49,753 bases of DNA from Myxococcota bacterium. GTDB lineage: Bacteria > Myxococcota_A > UBA9160 > SZUA-336. The notes beneath the pieces were generated by a model. That model was not told the origin of the DNA. It saw nothing but the letters and a program-made list of their open reading frames with translations, and made no database searches. This document shows positions 25,354 to 34,980 of this stretch, in pieces. Within the stretch, counting starts at the first letter, position 1; each line of letters opens with the position of its first letter. A program made the translations under genes and the position numbers. The DNA lies in assembly GCA_036337215.1 (NCBI GenBank), contig JAYZEO010000037.1, positions 1 through 49,753 of the forward strand, in the 5' to 3' direction.

Positions 25354-26144
25354 GCGCGTCCGCGACGTTCGAGCACCCGGCGTACCGGAGCGAAGGAACG
25401 ACGATGATGGGGCGTCGGGCCGCGTTCGGAAAGCGCCCGCAGATGCTCGGCAGTGCCGTAGCCGGAATTACTCTCGAAGCCGTAGCCGGGGTAACGCCGG
25501 TCGAGATCGCGCATGCTGCGGTCGCGACATACCTTGGCCACGATCGAGGCCGCAGCGACCGAAGCCGAGCGGCGATCCCCGCCGATCACGAAGCGGGCGG
25601 GAAGTCCCAGGTCCGTTCCCGCCCGGCCATCGAGAAGCGCGAAGTCGGGCCGCACCGGGAGGCGGTCGAGCGCACGCCGCATCGCGAGCCGGCTGGCCCG
25701 GAACACGTTTACACGGTCCACCTCCGCATGCGGACTCCAGCCGAGGGCTACGGCGACCGCGACCTCGCGGATCTCCCCCTCCAGGCGTTCGCGCACCGCC
25801 CGCGCGAGACGCTTCGAATCATCGAGGCGGGCAAGCTGTACGCCTTCGGGAAGAATCACGGCGGCCGCAACCACGGGGCCCGCGAGCGGACCCACTCCCA
25901 CCTCGTCGACCCCGGCGATGAGCCCGTGCCCGCGCGCGCGGAGCACCCGCTCGAAACGAAACATCCGCCATAGACGCACCCGCTCCGCGGCATCCCGCTG
26001 CCACATGCGCTCGAACGAACGCGCCAGTGCCTGCGCTCCCGTCCGCGGGTCCCGCTGCAACGCACGAAGCAACGCCGGATCGGCACCCGTGCAGGCACGC
26101 AGCCGTTCCCGAAGTTGAACCAGGCTCTGGTCCCGAAGCTCCAT
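25338..26144 (-). CDS. rnhB: ribonuclease HII with an N-terminal extension of about 70 aa
   Basis: ATG 26144. Catalytic GVDEVGVGPLAGPVV, DDSKRL, SIVAKVCRD, GYGFESNSGYGT..H, HRRSF. Confidence 0.88.
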   Translation of the reverse strand: MELRDQSLVQLRERLRACTGADPALLRALQRDPRTGAQALARSFERMWQRDAAERVRLWRMFRFERVLRARGHGLIAGVDEVGVGPLAGPVVAAAVILPEGVQLARLDDSKRLARAVRERLEGEIREVAVAVALGWSPHAEVDRVNVFRASRLAMRRALDRLPVRPDFALLDGRAGTDLGLPARFVIGGDRRSASVAAASIVAKVCRDRSMRDLDRRYPGYGFESNSGYGTAEHLRALSERGPTPHHRRSFAPVRRVLERRGRACRTS

Positions 26145-26177
26145 CCCCCCCCCCGAAGCCCCTCTATCTCAGTCGCC

Positions 26178-27257
26178 TCACGAACGCGGCTTCTGCTCTC
26201 CGAGCCCGAGTTTCTCCTCGATCCGGCGCACGCGACGCAGCAGGCCCGGTAGGTACTGGCGTGCAACGCTGTACCGCACCCAGAGCCTCCGCGGCATCGC
26301 GGGCGTGCCCAGGACCTGGGAGCGAGCTGGCAGGTCTCCAGCGAGAGCGGCGCGTGCACCCACCTGCGAGTCGTCGCCCACGCGCAGGTGACCGCCGCTG
26401 GCAGACTGTCCCCCGAAGATCACGCGCTTCCCGACCCAGGTACTGCCCGCGAGCGCGGACTGCGCACACACGACCGTTCCGTCCTCGACGGTGCAGCCGT
26501 GGGCGATCTGCACCAGATTGTCGAGCTTGACGCCGCGCCCGATCCGGGTCCGCGTCCGGGCGTGACCCATGCGAGGATGGCCCGGGTGAGACGCGTCGAT
26601 GGTCGAGTTCGCGCCGATCTCGGTGTCGTCACCGAGATCCACCGGCGAGACGTGCGGAATCGTGACGCGCGTGCCATCGGCCCGGAAGGCGTGTCCGAAG
26701 CCGTAAGAGCCGAGCACGACTCCGTTCTCGATCACGACGCGGTCGCCGAGGCGGGTCCCTTCCCGCAGCCGTGCGCCCGCGTGGATTTCACAATCCCTGC
26801 CGACCACGACGTCCGCGTAGAGCGTGACGTGCGGGTGAATGACACTCGCGTCCCCGATCGTGCAGCCGGAACCGATCACCGTGTACGCACCGATGGAAAC
26901 GTCACGCCCCAGGCGAACATCCTCCGGCACGATGGCGCTGGGATGCACGCCCGGATCCGGACGCCGTGGCGGATAGAGCAACTCGATCGCGCGCGCGAAG
27001 TCGGCGTAGGGTGAAGCAGAGCGCAGGCAGGGCCGCTCGGCCGCGTCGAAACCCGAGAACACGATACAGGCGCCGGCTCCCGAAGCCGCGTAGGCGCGCG
27101 CGTGCTTGGGTGCGGACACGAAGGAGAGATCGGCCGGGCCTGCATCGTCGAGCCCCGCGAGCCCCGTGATTTCGAGATCCGGCGTTCCCTCGAGCGGCAG
27201 CTCCAGCGCCTGCGCCACCGCTCCGATCGTGGTCCGAGTCCTGGCGGCCGTCGACAC
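26178..27257 (-). CDS. lpxD: UDP-3-O-(3-hydroxyacyl)glucosamine N-acyltransferase
   Basis: Track ORF 26178..27617 trimmed to GTG 27257 with AAGGGGGG upstream. The N-terminus TIGAVAQALELPLEGTPDLEITGLAGLDDAGPADLSFV aligns with the E. coli LpxD N-terminus. Long left-handed hexapeptide repeats follow. 359 aa. Confidence 0.88.
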   Translation of the reverse strand: MSTAARTRTTIGAVAQALELPLEGTPDLEITGLAGLDDAGPADLSFVSAPKHARAYAASGAGACIVFSGFDAAERPCLRSASPYADFARAIELLYPPRRPDPGVHPSAIVPEDVRLGRDVSIGAYTVIGSGCTIGDASVIHPHVTLYADVVVGRDCEIHAGARLREGTRLGDRVVIENGVVLGSYGFGHAFRADGTRVTIPHVSPVDLGDDTEIGANSTIDASHPGHPRMGHARTRTRIGRGVKLDNLVQIAHGCTVEDGTVVCAQSALAGSTWVGKRVIFGGQSASGGHLRVGDDSQVGARAALAGDLPARSQVLGTPAMPRRLWVRYSVARQYLPGLLRRVRRIEEKLGLGEQKPRS

Positions 27258-27411
27258 GGATTCGCCCCCCTTCCAAGTCCATACAGTATCAAATGCTCGT
27301 CTTTGACCAGCGACAGGCCGTGTGACATAAGTCGGGCGCTGTCCCGCGACGACCTCCGCGACAGGCCCGCAAGCCGCAGGGCGCGGCGCGGCGGCTGCGC
27401 CCGGCGGCGCT

Positions 27412-27936
27412 ATGCATGGGGAGCGCAGCGTGAACCGGCGAGCGTTTCTGCGACTCTCGAGCCTGAGCCCGGCCATGCTGATGCTGCAGCAGATCCCGTT
27501 CGCGGCGGCCGCCGCCCAGGGAGCTCCGCGGTCGCCGCGGCTCGCACCCGACGAGGCACAGGTGCTGATGGCGATCGTCGAGCGCATCACCGAGACCGGG
27601 AACTCCGACGCGCCCACTGCGAATGAAATCGGAACGCTCCCGGCGATCGAGGCGATCCTGTCGAGGCTCGACGCGGAACTCGTCAGCGCACTGCGGATCG
27701 CGTTGCGGGTCGTGGACTGGTGGCCCGCGCTCCTCGAGGGAAAGTTCCAGCGCTTTTCGAACCTGGCTCCCGAAGCGCAGGCTCGAAGTCTCGAAGGCTG
27801 GCGGAGCAGTGGAATCGAGGCCAGGCGTGCGGTCTTCGCCGCGCTGCGAAATCTGGCGCTGCTCGCCTACTGGAGTCGCCCCGAGACCTGGCCCCTTATC
27901 GGGTACGGCGGTCCCTGGATCGGGCGCCGGCCATGA
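27412..27936 (+). CDS. gluconate 2-dehydrogenase subunit-3-like small subunit with a twin-arginine signal
   Basis: ATG 27412. TAT motif NRRAFLRLSS. The stop overlaps the GMC gene start (ATGA at 27933..27936). Confidence 0.72.
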   Translation: MHGERSVNRRAFLRLSSLSPAMLMLQQIPFAAAAAQGAPRSPRLAPDEAQVLMAIVERITETGNSDAPTANEIGTLPAIEAILSRLDAELVSALRIALRVVDWWPALLEGKFQRFSNLAPEAQARSLEGWRSSGIEARRAVFAALRNLALLAYWSRPETWPLIGYGGPWIGRRP

Positions 27937-29456
27937 TTGTGCCGAAAGCCGAGCGGACCGGCGCCCGTCGCGAACGCTGCGACGTCTGCGTGATCGGATC
28001 GGGCGCCGGCGGCGCCGTCGTCGCCGCCGAACTTGCGGAGGCGGGGCTCGCGGTCAGCCTGCTGGAGCAGGGCGGGAATCATGGCAGCGCCGACTTCGAT
28101 CAGCGCGAGGACCACATGTTCCCGATGCTCTTCGAGGACGCGGGCCTGCGCAGCACACGAGACGGCGCGATCCAGATCCTCCAGGGACGCGGCGTCGGGG
28201 GCTCGACGGTAAACAACCTCGGCACCTGTGTACGGGCACCGGATCCGATCCTCGAGGTCTGGGCGCGCGAGCACGGCGTCCGCGATCTGGACCAGCTTCC
28301 GGATGCCTTCGCGCGCGTCGAACACGAGCTCGGCGTGCGCCGGATCACGCGGGAAGAGCTGAACGAACTCAACCGGCGCGTGGAGCGGGGCTCGGGATTG
28401 CTCGGCTACCGGGGCAAGATCGCAATGCACAACCGGATCGGCTGCGTCCGCTCGGGATTCTGCATTCTCGGCTGTTCCTACGATGCCAAGCAGAGCATGC
28501 GCGTGACCTATGTCCCCCGCGCGGATGCGGCCGGCGCCCGCATCTGGCCCGACTGCCGCGCCGAGCGTATCGAGGCGGGCGCCGGGGGCCGGCGCGTGGT
28601 CCGGGCAAGCCTGCTGGACGCCGGGCCGGAGCCACAGGGGGAGTTGCGCGTAGAGGCGCGCGTGGTCGTCTGCAGCGCCGGCGCCATCGGCACGCCGCTG
28701 TTGCTGCAGGCGAGCGGGCTCGGAGGCTCAGCCGTCGGGCAGAACCTCCACCTGCACCCCTCCGTGACGGTGTGGGGGATCTTTCCCGAGGCGATCCACG
28801 CCTACTACGGAATTCCGCAGGCCTACTACATCGACGAGTTCCTGGAACTCGAGCGAGACCCTTCCTCGGGTACGCTGCTGCTACCGATCGCGGGCTTCCC
28901 GTCGATGCTGGCCGCGCAACTCCCCGGCTTCGGCCCCGAACTCTTCTCTTACCTACGTCACTTCGATCGGCTCGGGGGGCTACTCACGCTGCTCCACGAC
29001 CGCTCGGCCGGGAGCGTGGAGGCCGGCTTCGGGGGGCGCCCGAGCATTCGCTACGCACTCGGCGAAGCGGACCGCCGCGAACTCGCGAGCGGCGTCAAGC
29101 ACTCCGTCGAGATCCTCTGGGCAAGCGGTGCGGAGCGCGTCATCGTCCCCTACCATCGCGATCCGCTCGTCCTCAGACCCGAGGACGGCACCTCTTCGAT
29201 CGACCGCCGCGGGCTTCGACAAGGGATCATCCCGTTGTCGTCCGCTCACCCCCAGGGCAGCTGCCGCATGGGTGCGGACCCAGCCTCCTCGGCGCTGGGA
29301 TCGTTCGGCGAGCTTCACGAAACACCGGGCGTTTTCGTCGCCGATGCGAGCGTCTTCCCGACCTCGCTCGGGGTACCCCCGCAGATCACCAGCGCGGCAC
29401 TCGCAGACCGAAGCGCACACCACATCCTCGATCGCTGGCCCGCGTTCGCCCGCTGA
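27933..29456 (+). CDS. GMC-family FAD-dependent oxidoreductase (large subunit)
   Basis: Track ORF 27720 trimmed to ATG 27933. FAD Rossmann motif DVCVIGSGAGGAVVAAELAEAG. C-terminal GMC motif SAHPQGSCRMG and FVADASVFPTSLGVPPQ. 507 aa. Confidence 0.88.
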   Translation: MIVPKAERTGARRERCDVCVIGSGAGGAVVAAELAEAGLAVSLLEQGGNHGSADFDQREDHMFPMLFEDAGLRSTRDGAIQILQGRGVGGSTVNNLGTCVRAPDPILEVWAREHGVRDLDQLPDAFARVEHELGVRRITREELNELNRRVERGSGLLGYRGKIAMHNRIGCVRSGFCILGCSYDAKQSMRVTYVPRADAAGARIWPDCRAERIEAGAGGRRVVRASLLDAGPEPQGELRVEARVVVCSAGAIGTPLLLQASGLGGSAVGQNLHLHPSVTVWGIFPEAIHAYYGIPQAYYIDEFLELERDPSSGTLLLPIAGFPSMLAAQLPGFGPELFSYLRHFDRLGGLLTLLHDRSAGSVEAGFGGRPSIRYALGEADRRELASGVKHSVEILWASGAERVIVPYHRDPLVLRPEDGTSSIDRRGLRQGIIPLSSAHPQGSCRMGADPASSALGSFGELHETPGVFVADASVFPTSLGVPPQITSAALADRSAHHILDRWPAFAR

Positions 29457-29462
29457 CCCGAG

Positions 29463-30893
29463 GTGAGCGCCCGGGACGATTTCGACTCGGAGCAGGCGCC
29501 CCCGGAGCGCCCCGAACTCGCATCGGAACTGCTCGACCTGCGCGACAAGCCTGCCGAGCCGCTCGCGCCGTCGCCACTGGCGCTCGGCGTCTGGGAACTC
29601 GCCTGGCCCACAATGATCTCGGCCCTGCTTCAAACCGGAGTCCGCTGGGTCGACTTCATGATGGTCGGCTCCCTGGGCACCGAGGCGGTGGCCGCGGTCG
29701 GACTCGGGGGACAGGTCTACTGGTTCATCCAGTCGGCCGTGATGGCGATCACGACGGGCCTCGTCGCGCTCATTGCACGCGCGATCGGGGCGCGCGACCC
29801 GGACCTCGCCGACCGCACCCTCCGCCAGGGGATCGTGTGCGGGATTGCGCTCGGTGTCGTGCTGACCGTGGCCGGCCTGCCGCTCTCGGAGTTCGCGATC
29901 GGCGTCTATGGCGTCGAGGCGCAGGTGGTCGCATTCGGATCGAGCTATCTCGATTGGCTCCTGATCGGGAATGTCCCGTTCACGCTGGTCTTCGTGTTCG
30001 CGGCGGGACTCCGGGCCGCGGGCGACGTCCGCACCCCGCTCTACGTGGGCATCCTCGCCAATCTGCTGAACGTATTTCTGAACTGGGTGCTGATCTTCGG
30101 CCGGCTCGGTGCCCCCGAACTCGGGGTTTCAGGCGCCGCAATCGCCTCGAGCCTCGCCATGGGATTTCAGGTCGTGGTCTTCTGGGTGCTCTGGCAGCGC
30201 GGAAGGCTGGTACTCGAACCGCTCGGGGCGGGCTTCCGTCTCGATCCGGGCCTTGTCCGGAGAATCCTGCGGATCGGCTATCCGGCCACCATCGAGGGCG
30301 CCGTCTGGCACTTCGGCCTGCTCTTCTTCATGCGGATCATGAGCAGCTTCGGCACCGCCGAGATCGCGGCCTATCAGATCGGGGCGCAGATCCTGGCGCT
30401 CTCGTTCATTCCCGGCTCCGGCTTCGCGATGGCAGGCGCGACGCTGGTGGGTCGACACCTGGGCGAAGGGAATTCCGCGGCCGCGACGCGCTCGGGCTGG
30501 CGTGCGGTCGGGGGTTGTGTGGCCGCGCTCTCGCTGAACGGCACGCTCATCATCGCGTTCGCGGCGCCGATCGCGCGTCTCTTCATCGCCGATCCACAGG
30601 TCGTGTCGCTCACGGTCGATTTCATCTGGGTGCTCGGAGTGAGCCAGCCGCTGATGGCCGTGGAGTTCGCGGCCGGAGGTGCACTGCGCGGCGCCGGTGA
30701 CACCCGCTACCCGCTCGTGGTCGTGTTTCTCGGACTGTTCCTGTTCCGCCTGCTCCCGGCCACGCTGGCGGCCTACGTCTTCGGCGCCCCGATCCAGTGG
30801 GTCTGGTGCGCGCTGATCCTGGACTACTTCGTGAAGGCGCTGCTGCTCACGATCCGCTTCGCCCGCGGCCGCTGGACCGCGATCGAGGTCTAG
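29463..30893 (+). CDS. MATE family efflux transporter
   Basis: GTG 29463, 6 nt after the GMC stop. 12-TM profile with WELAWPTMISALLQ... and duplicated MatE halves. 476 aa. Confidence 0.88.
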   Translation: MSARDDFDSEQAPPERPELASELLDLRDKPAEPLAPSPLALGVWELAWPTMISALLQTGVRWVDFMMVGSLGTEAVAAVGLGGQVYWFIQSAVMAITTGLVALIARAIGARDPDLADRTLRQGIVCGIALGVVLTVAGLPLSEFAIGVYGVEAQVVAFGSSYLDWLLIGNVPFTLVFVFAAGLRAAGDVRTPLYVGILANLLNVFLNWVLIFGRLGAPELGVSGAAIASSLAMGFQVVVFWVLWQRGRLVLEPLGAGFRLDPGLVRRILRIGYPATIEGAVWHFGLLFFMRIMSSFGTAEIAAYQIGAQILALSFIPGSGFAMAGATLVGRHLGEGNSAAATRSGWRAVGGCVAALSLNGTLIIAFAAPIARLFIADPQVVSLTVDFIWVLGVSQPLMAVEFAAGGALRGAGDTRYPLVVVFLGLFLFRLLPATLAAYVFGAPIQWVWCALILDYFVKALLLTIRFARGRWTAIEV

Positions 30894-31309
30894 CGCGAAG
30901 CTGTCCCGAGCAGGCCCACACAGAAGCGCAGGACGTCGGTCTCCGTCACGATCCCGACCAGTCGACCCTCCTCGACCACAGGAAGACAGCCGAACTTTCG
31001 ATCGGCCATCACACGCACGGCCTCCCGCACCGAGGTCGAAGGTGCCACGCTTACGGCTGGCGAAGACATCACCTCCGTGATGGAAACGCCTTCCAAGAAC
31101 AGGTTCTGCTCGGGCGCCGGGATCCCGATCAGGCTCGAGAGAGAGGCGTGAAAGAGGTCTCGCTGCGAGACGACTCCGACGAGCATGCCGCCCCGCACGA
31201 CGGGCAGATGGCGAACCTTGCCGATCTCCATGATCTCGTGAACGATTCGCAACGTATCGTCCGCTCCGATCGTCACGACCTTTCGGCTCATGATTTCTTC
31301 GACCCGCAC
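30890..31309 (-). CDS. CBS-domain pair protein
   Basis: GTG 31309. RVEEIMSRKVVTIGADDTL and ITEVMSSPAVSVAPSTSVREAVRVMADRKFGCLPVVEEGRLVGIVTETDVL are two CBS repeats. The 3' end overlaps convergent MATE by 4 nt. Confidence 0.85.
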   Translation of the reverse strand: MRVEEIMSRKVVTIGADDTLRIVHEIMEIGKVRHLPVVRGGMLVGVVSQRDLFHASLSSLIGIPAPEQNLFLEGVSITEVMSSPAVSVAPSTSVREAVRVMADRKFGCLPVVEEGRLVGIVTETDVLRFCVGLLGTASR

Positions 31310-31489
31310 CGCCCCGATCTAACACGGGGACAGCGCAGAAACAATCTCCTCTGGGCTGCCTGCGCGAGACCATCCGGGGGCGGATCCGGCCGGGAGACAC
31401 GGGGCAGCGGACAACTCGAGTTCAATCCGGGTCCGCCCGGGCCGAATCTGTAGAATGGCGGCGGATTCATCGCTCGGGAGTTCCGCAGC

Positions 31490-32755
31490 ATGGGACGCGT
31501 TCTGTTTCTGGTCGTGTTCGCGACCTTCGCGGTCTTCTACTACTACTTCTTCGGCCCGGCCCCGAGTCCGTCCGAACTGGGTGAGCTTCCCTGGTGGCGG
31601 CCGCGCGGTTGGGTGACCCGCTGGTCCTCCCTGTCCGGTCTGCGCGACCTGGCCCGCGGCCAGGGCCCGGGCCGCTTCGTCCCCGTACTGATCGCCTGGC
31701 TTCCGCCGCTGCTCCTCACCGCCGGGGGATTCAGGCTCTTCACACATCCGCCACTGCGCGTCGTGTTCGTGGCGACCTGTCTCACGCTCTGCGCATTTGC
31801 AGGCTACGGCTATCTGTCGCCCGGCATCTGGAAGTTCTTTTCCTGGCGCTGGCCCGCGGTGAGCGCGAGCATGGGACTGCTGATCGCATGCATGGCACTC
31901 GCCCCGTCGCTGGTCCTGGCCGCGCGAACTCAGCCTCCCCTGGTTCGAGCCGCGGTCACGCTCCTGGCCGTCGCGGCCGTATACCTGCTGTCGACCGAAA
32001 TCACCGGAACGAATCCAGAGCTCTTCGGAAACATCAGCCCCTGGCCGGTCCTGACCTTCTTCGGTTTCTTGCTCTTCGGGTACGTCTTCGCAACGCTGCA
32101 TGCGTCCGCGGGTGCGGGCATCTGGCTCGGAGCGCGCGTCGGCGGCACACCGGGAGGCCTCGTCGCGATCCTGGGCGCCGGGCTCTGCGCCGCAGCCCTG
32201 AGCTTCGCGGTCTTCCAGGATCCCGGGGCCGGCCTCAGCTTCGGACTCGGGATCGTCGCAGCACTCTACGCATGGACGAGCAGGCGCGGCCGCGATGCCA
32301 ATTCGGCGCGCGCTCTGGCAGTGGCGCAACTCGCGGCGGCGGTGCTGATCGCGGGCAGCGTTTGGGTCGGCGACTGGCGCGCGGGCGCCACCCAGGCCGA
32401 GATCCGCAACGAGAAGGCCGCCGAGATCATCGCGGCACTCGAGGCGTACAAGGGCGAGCACGCGGGCTATCCCGACAGACTGGAAGAACTGATTCCGGCG
32501 CAGCTGGCCTCACTTCCAGCGCCCCGGATCGGAATCTTCGAGCACGACCACGAGACCTTCATCTTCTCCAACTACGGCGACTCCTACGCGCTGGAATTCG
32601 CGAGCGCGTTGTGGGACCAGTGCCAGTACAGCCCGCCCTACTTGTATGAAGACGAAGAGGAGTACGAAGACGAGGAACCCGAAGACGAGGAGCCCGAAGA
32701 CGAAAGCCTCGAGGGGAGCTGGAGCTGCGGCAGTGCACCGCCCAAGCTCTGGTAG
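31490..32755 (+). CDS. polytopic membrane protein with a C-terminal soluble domain and poly-acidic tail, unknown function
   Basis: ATG 31490. About 9-10 hydrophobic helices, then AAEIIAALEAYKGEHAGYPDRLEELIP..., then YEDEEEYEDEEPEDEEPEDESLEG near the C-terminus. Confidence 0.6.
   Translation: MGRVLFLVVFATFAVFYYYFFGPAPSPSELGELPWWRPRGWVTRWSSLSGLRDLARGQGPGRFVPVLIAWLPPLLLTAGGFRLFTHPPLRVVFVATCLTLCAFAGYGYLSPGIWKFFSWRWPAVSASMGLLIACMALAPSLVLAARTQPPLVRAAVTLLAVAAVYLLSTEITGTNPELFGNISPWPVLTFFGFLLFGYVFATLHASAGAGIWLGARVGGTPGGLVAILGAGLCAAALSFAVFQDPGAGLSFGLGIVAALYAWTSRRGRDANSARALAVAQLAAAVLIAGSVWVGDWRAGATQAEIRNEKAAEIIAALEAYKGEHAGYPDRLEELIPAQLASLPAPRIGIFEHDHETFIFSNYGDSYALEFASALWDQCQYSPPYLYEDEEEYEDEEPEDEEPEDESLEGSWSCGSAPPKLW
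32666..32704 (+). repeat. 15-bp in-frame tandem repeat (about 2.6 copies) encoding the EDEEP acidic tail
   Basis: GAAGACGAGGAACCC (32666-32680), GAAGACGAGGAGCCC (32681-32695), GAAGACGAA (32696-32704). Preceded by the related GAAGACGAAGAGGAG at 32648. Confidence 0.6.
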
Positions 32756-32836
32756 CTCACACTCCGGACACCCTGACCGCGTTCCCGGGCGGGGCCGGCT
32801 GCCCAGAGCTTCGGCAAGCGGACGCCGGGACGAGCG

Positions 32837-33853
32837 ATGATCCCGGCCGGGCACGGCTCGGCGGTGCGGATCGGGGTGACGTCCTGGGGCAGCGGCGGCG
32901 CGGCTCGGGGCGCCGACTGGATGGCCGAGGTGGCGGGCCAAGCCGAGACCGCCGACCAGCTCGGCTTCGAATCCTTCTGGATTCCCGAGAGCCACTTTCA
33001 GCGCGCGGGAGCGTGTCCCGCGCCGCTGCTGCTGCTCGCCGCGGCCGCCGCGCGTACCCGTTTCCTTCGCCTCGGAACGAGTTCCTACCTGCTCCCGATC
33101 CGGGATCCCCTTCGCGTCGCGGAAGACGTGGCCGTACTCGATCAGCTTTCGGGAGGCCGCGTGACGCTCGGCCTCGGGCGCGGATTTCGAGCGGAGCTGT
33201 TTCGGGCATTTCGGATTCCGCGCGCGAAAAAACGCGATCGCTTCAGGGAATCGCTCGATATCATGCGCCGGGCCTGGCGCGGGGAACCGATCGCCCGGAG
33301 CGGCCAGGAACCTGACGCTCGGCCGCTCTACCTTTCACCGCTCCCGGCACAGCGCCCGCACCCTCCGATCTGGGTGGCTGCCTTCGGACCCAAGGCGCTC
33401 GCACAGGTGGGCGGGCTGGGCCTCCCCTACCTGGCGTCCCCGGTGGAGACCCTGGAACGGCTCCGAGAAAACCACGGCCGGCACCGCGAAGCGCTGCCCG
33501 ACGGAATCGACGCGGCGCAACTCGCCGTACCTGTGATCCGGACCGTCTTCGTCACCCGCAATCTCGAGCGCGCCGAACAGATCCGCCGCGGCCTGGAGCA
33601 GCAAGCACAACTCGCCTCGAGGCGGCTGGGGCGAGGTTTCGCCAATCTCGCTCAGGCCGGGGCCGACGACTGGGCCCTGGTCGGCGAACCCGACGAAATC
33701 CTGGAACGGATTCAAGGCTACCGCAGCGAGATCGGGCTTACACACCTGATCTGCGGACTGCGCGCTCCCGGCACGAGCGAAGCCGAGATCGAGTCGACGC
33801 TGCACGAACTCGCCCAGATCGCGGAGAGGATTGCTAGTCCGGGATTCGCGTAA
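32837..33853 (+). CDS. LLM-class (luciferase-like) flavin-dependent oxidoreductase
   Basis: ATG 32837. LGFESFWIPESHF, LLPIRDPLRVAEDVAVLDQLSGGRVTLGLGRG and PPIWVAAFGPKA are typical LLM motifs. 338 aa. Confidence 0.85.
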   Translation: MIPAGHGSAVRIGVTSWGSGGAARGADWMAEVAGQAETADQLGFESFWIPESHFQRAGACPAPLLLLAAAAARTRFLRLGTSSYLLPIRDPLRVAEDVAVLDQLSGGRVTLGLGRGFRAELFRAFRIPRAKKRDRFRESLDIMRRAWRGEPIARSGQEPDARPLYLSPLPAQRPHPPIWVAAFGPKALAQVGGLGLPYLASPVETLERLRENHGRHREALPDGIDAAQLAVPVIRTVFVTRNLERAEQIRRGLEQQAQLASRRLGRGFANLAQAGADDWALVGEPDEILERIQGYRSEIGLTHLICGLRAPGTSEAEIESTLHELAQIAERIASPGFA

Positions 33854-34013
33854 AGAAGAGGAACGCCATCGTCGGCCGTTTGGACGACTCGTGCATGGCG
33901 AATCGGATCCCCTCGAGTTCCCAGCCTCGGGGCAATTGCTCGTTCAGGATTCTCTCGAGTTCCTCGTCGGTCACGCGCGAGGTCTCGATCACCTTGTACT
34001 CGGATTCAGCCAC
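33834..34013 (-). CDS. DUF4177-like small protein (59 aa)
   Basis: Not in the ORF track (under 60 aa). GTG 34013..34011 overlaps the hemB stop by 8 nt. Hand translation gives [59 protein letters not shown], stop TAG 33836..33834. The YKV...LN..GWEL pattern resembles DUF4177. The 3' end overlaps the convergent LLM gene by 20 nt. Confidence 0.5.
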   Translation of the reverse strand: MAESEYKVIETSRVTDEELERILNEQLPRGWELEGIRFAMHESSKRPTMAFLFFTRIPD

Positions 34014-34980
34014 GATAACGATCGGCGAACTCGCGGGCGAAGTAGCTGATGATCCGATCGGCGCCGGCGCGCCGGATCGCGGTCAGACTTTCGGAAACGG
34101 AACGTTCTTCGTCCAGCCATCCGCGCTCTATCGCGGCCCGCAGCATGCTGAACTCTCCCGAAACCTGGTAGGCAAAGATCGGCTCGGCGAAGAGTTCGCG
34201 CGCTTGCGCGATCACGTCGAGGTAGGGAAGCGCCGGCTTGACCATCACCAGGTCCGCCCCCTCCTCGATGTCGGCTGCGATTTCGCGAAGCGCCTCACGC
34301 GCGTTCGCGGGATCCATCTGATAGCCCCGGCGGTCTCCGTCGGATGGCGTGGATTCGGCCGCGTCGCGGAAGGGCCCGTAGAACGCGGACGCGTACTTTG
34401 CCGCGTAGGAGAGAATCGGGGTGGACTCGAAGCCCTCGGTATCGAGCCCCCGGCGCAGGGCGCCGACCCGTCCATCCATCATGTCGCTCGGAGCGACGAT
34501 GTCGGCACCGGCTCGCGCCTGGGAAATCCCTGCGCGGGCCAGCAGAGGCAAAGTCGCATCGTTGTCGACGTCTCCACCACTCAACACACCGCAGTGTCCG
34601 TGATCCGTGTACTCACAGAGGCACAGGTCCGCGATCACGACCAGGTCTGGGACCGCATCCTTGATGGCGCGGATTGCCACCTGCACGACGCCATCGGGAT
34701 CCCACGCGCCCGATCCCTCGGGATCCTTCCGGTCCGGAATTCCGAAAAGGATGACGCCCGCAATCCCGAGCGCGTGAATTTCCTTCGCCTCCGCGCCCAG
34801 CAGATCCGCCGAGAAACGCGAGATGCCGGGCATCGAGGCCACCTCGTCCCGAATTCCGTGCCCGGAGACGCAGAACAAGGGATAGATCAAATCGCTCGGC
34901 TCGACCCTGGTCTCGCGCACCAGCCCGCGAAGCGACTCCGTCCGGCGCATGCGCCGGGATCGTTGCTCAGGAAACGGCAT
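34006..34980 (-). CDS. hemB: porphobilinogen synthase (delta-aminolevulinate dehydratase), Zn-type
   Basis: Track ORF trimmed to ATG 34980 ([24 protein letters not shown], aligning with the E. coli QRPRRLRKSPALR N-terminus). Cys-rich Zn site [14 protein letters not shown]. Active-site region [11 protein letters not shown]. 324 aa. Confidence 0.92.
   Translation of the reverse strand: MPFPEQRSRRMRRTESLRGLVRETRVEPSDLIYPLFCVSGHGIRDEVASMPGISRFSADLLGAEAKEIHALGIAGVILFGIPDRKDPEGSGAWDPDGVVQVAIRAIKDAVPDLVVIADLCLCEYTDHGHCGVLSGGDVDNDATLPLLARAGISQARAGADIVAPSDMMDGRVGALRRGLDTEGFESTPILSYAAKYASAFYGPFRDAAESTPSDGDRRGYQMDPANAREALREIAADIEEGADLVMVKPALPYLDVIAQARELFAEPIFAYQVSGEFSMLRAAIERGWLDEERSVSESLTAIRRAGADRIISYFAREFADRYRG

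Noticed and set aside
26145-26154. Run of 10 C (G10 on the coding strand) abutting the rnhB ATG, considered as a phase-variable tract
   Set aside because: Similar G-runs precede other starts (for example 15016-15022 before the symporter gene), so it most likely serves as a G-rich Shine-Dalgarno region. There is no evidence of length variation from a single sequence.
26178-27617. Over-long N-terminal extensions in the track, for example lpxD 479 aa, clpA from 3406, desaturase from 12095, hemB from 35217, HemX-like from 39628, HAD from 41785, phosphatase from 48346
   Set aside because: The extensions overlap upstream genes or intergenic DNA, are Arg/Pro-rich, and precede internal starts that align with homologue N-termini or sit in ATGA/GTGA junctions. 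Starts were trimmed accordingly.
27623-30700. 1025-aa ORF on the + strand, the longest in the track
   Set aside because: It is extremely Arg/Gly/Pro/Ala-rich with no motifs. It is an alternative frame of three well-supported genes (small subunit, GMC oxidoreductase, MATE). This is a typical shadow ORF of GC-rich DNA.
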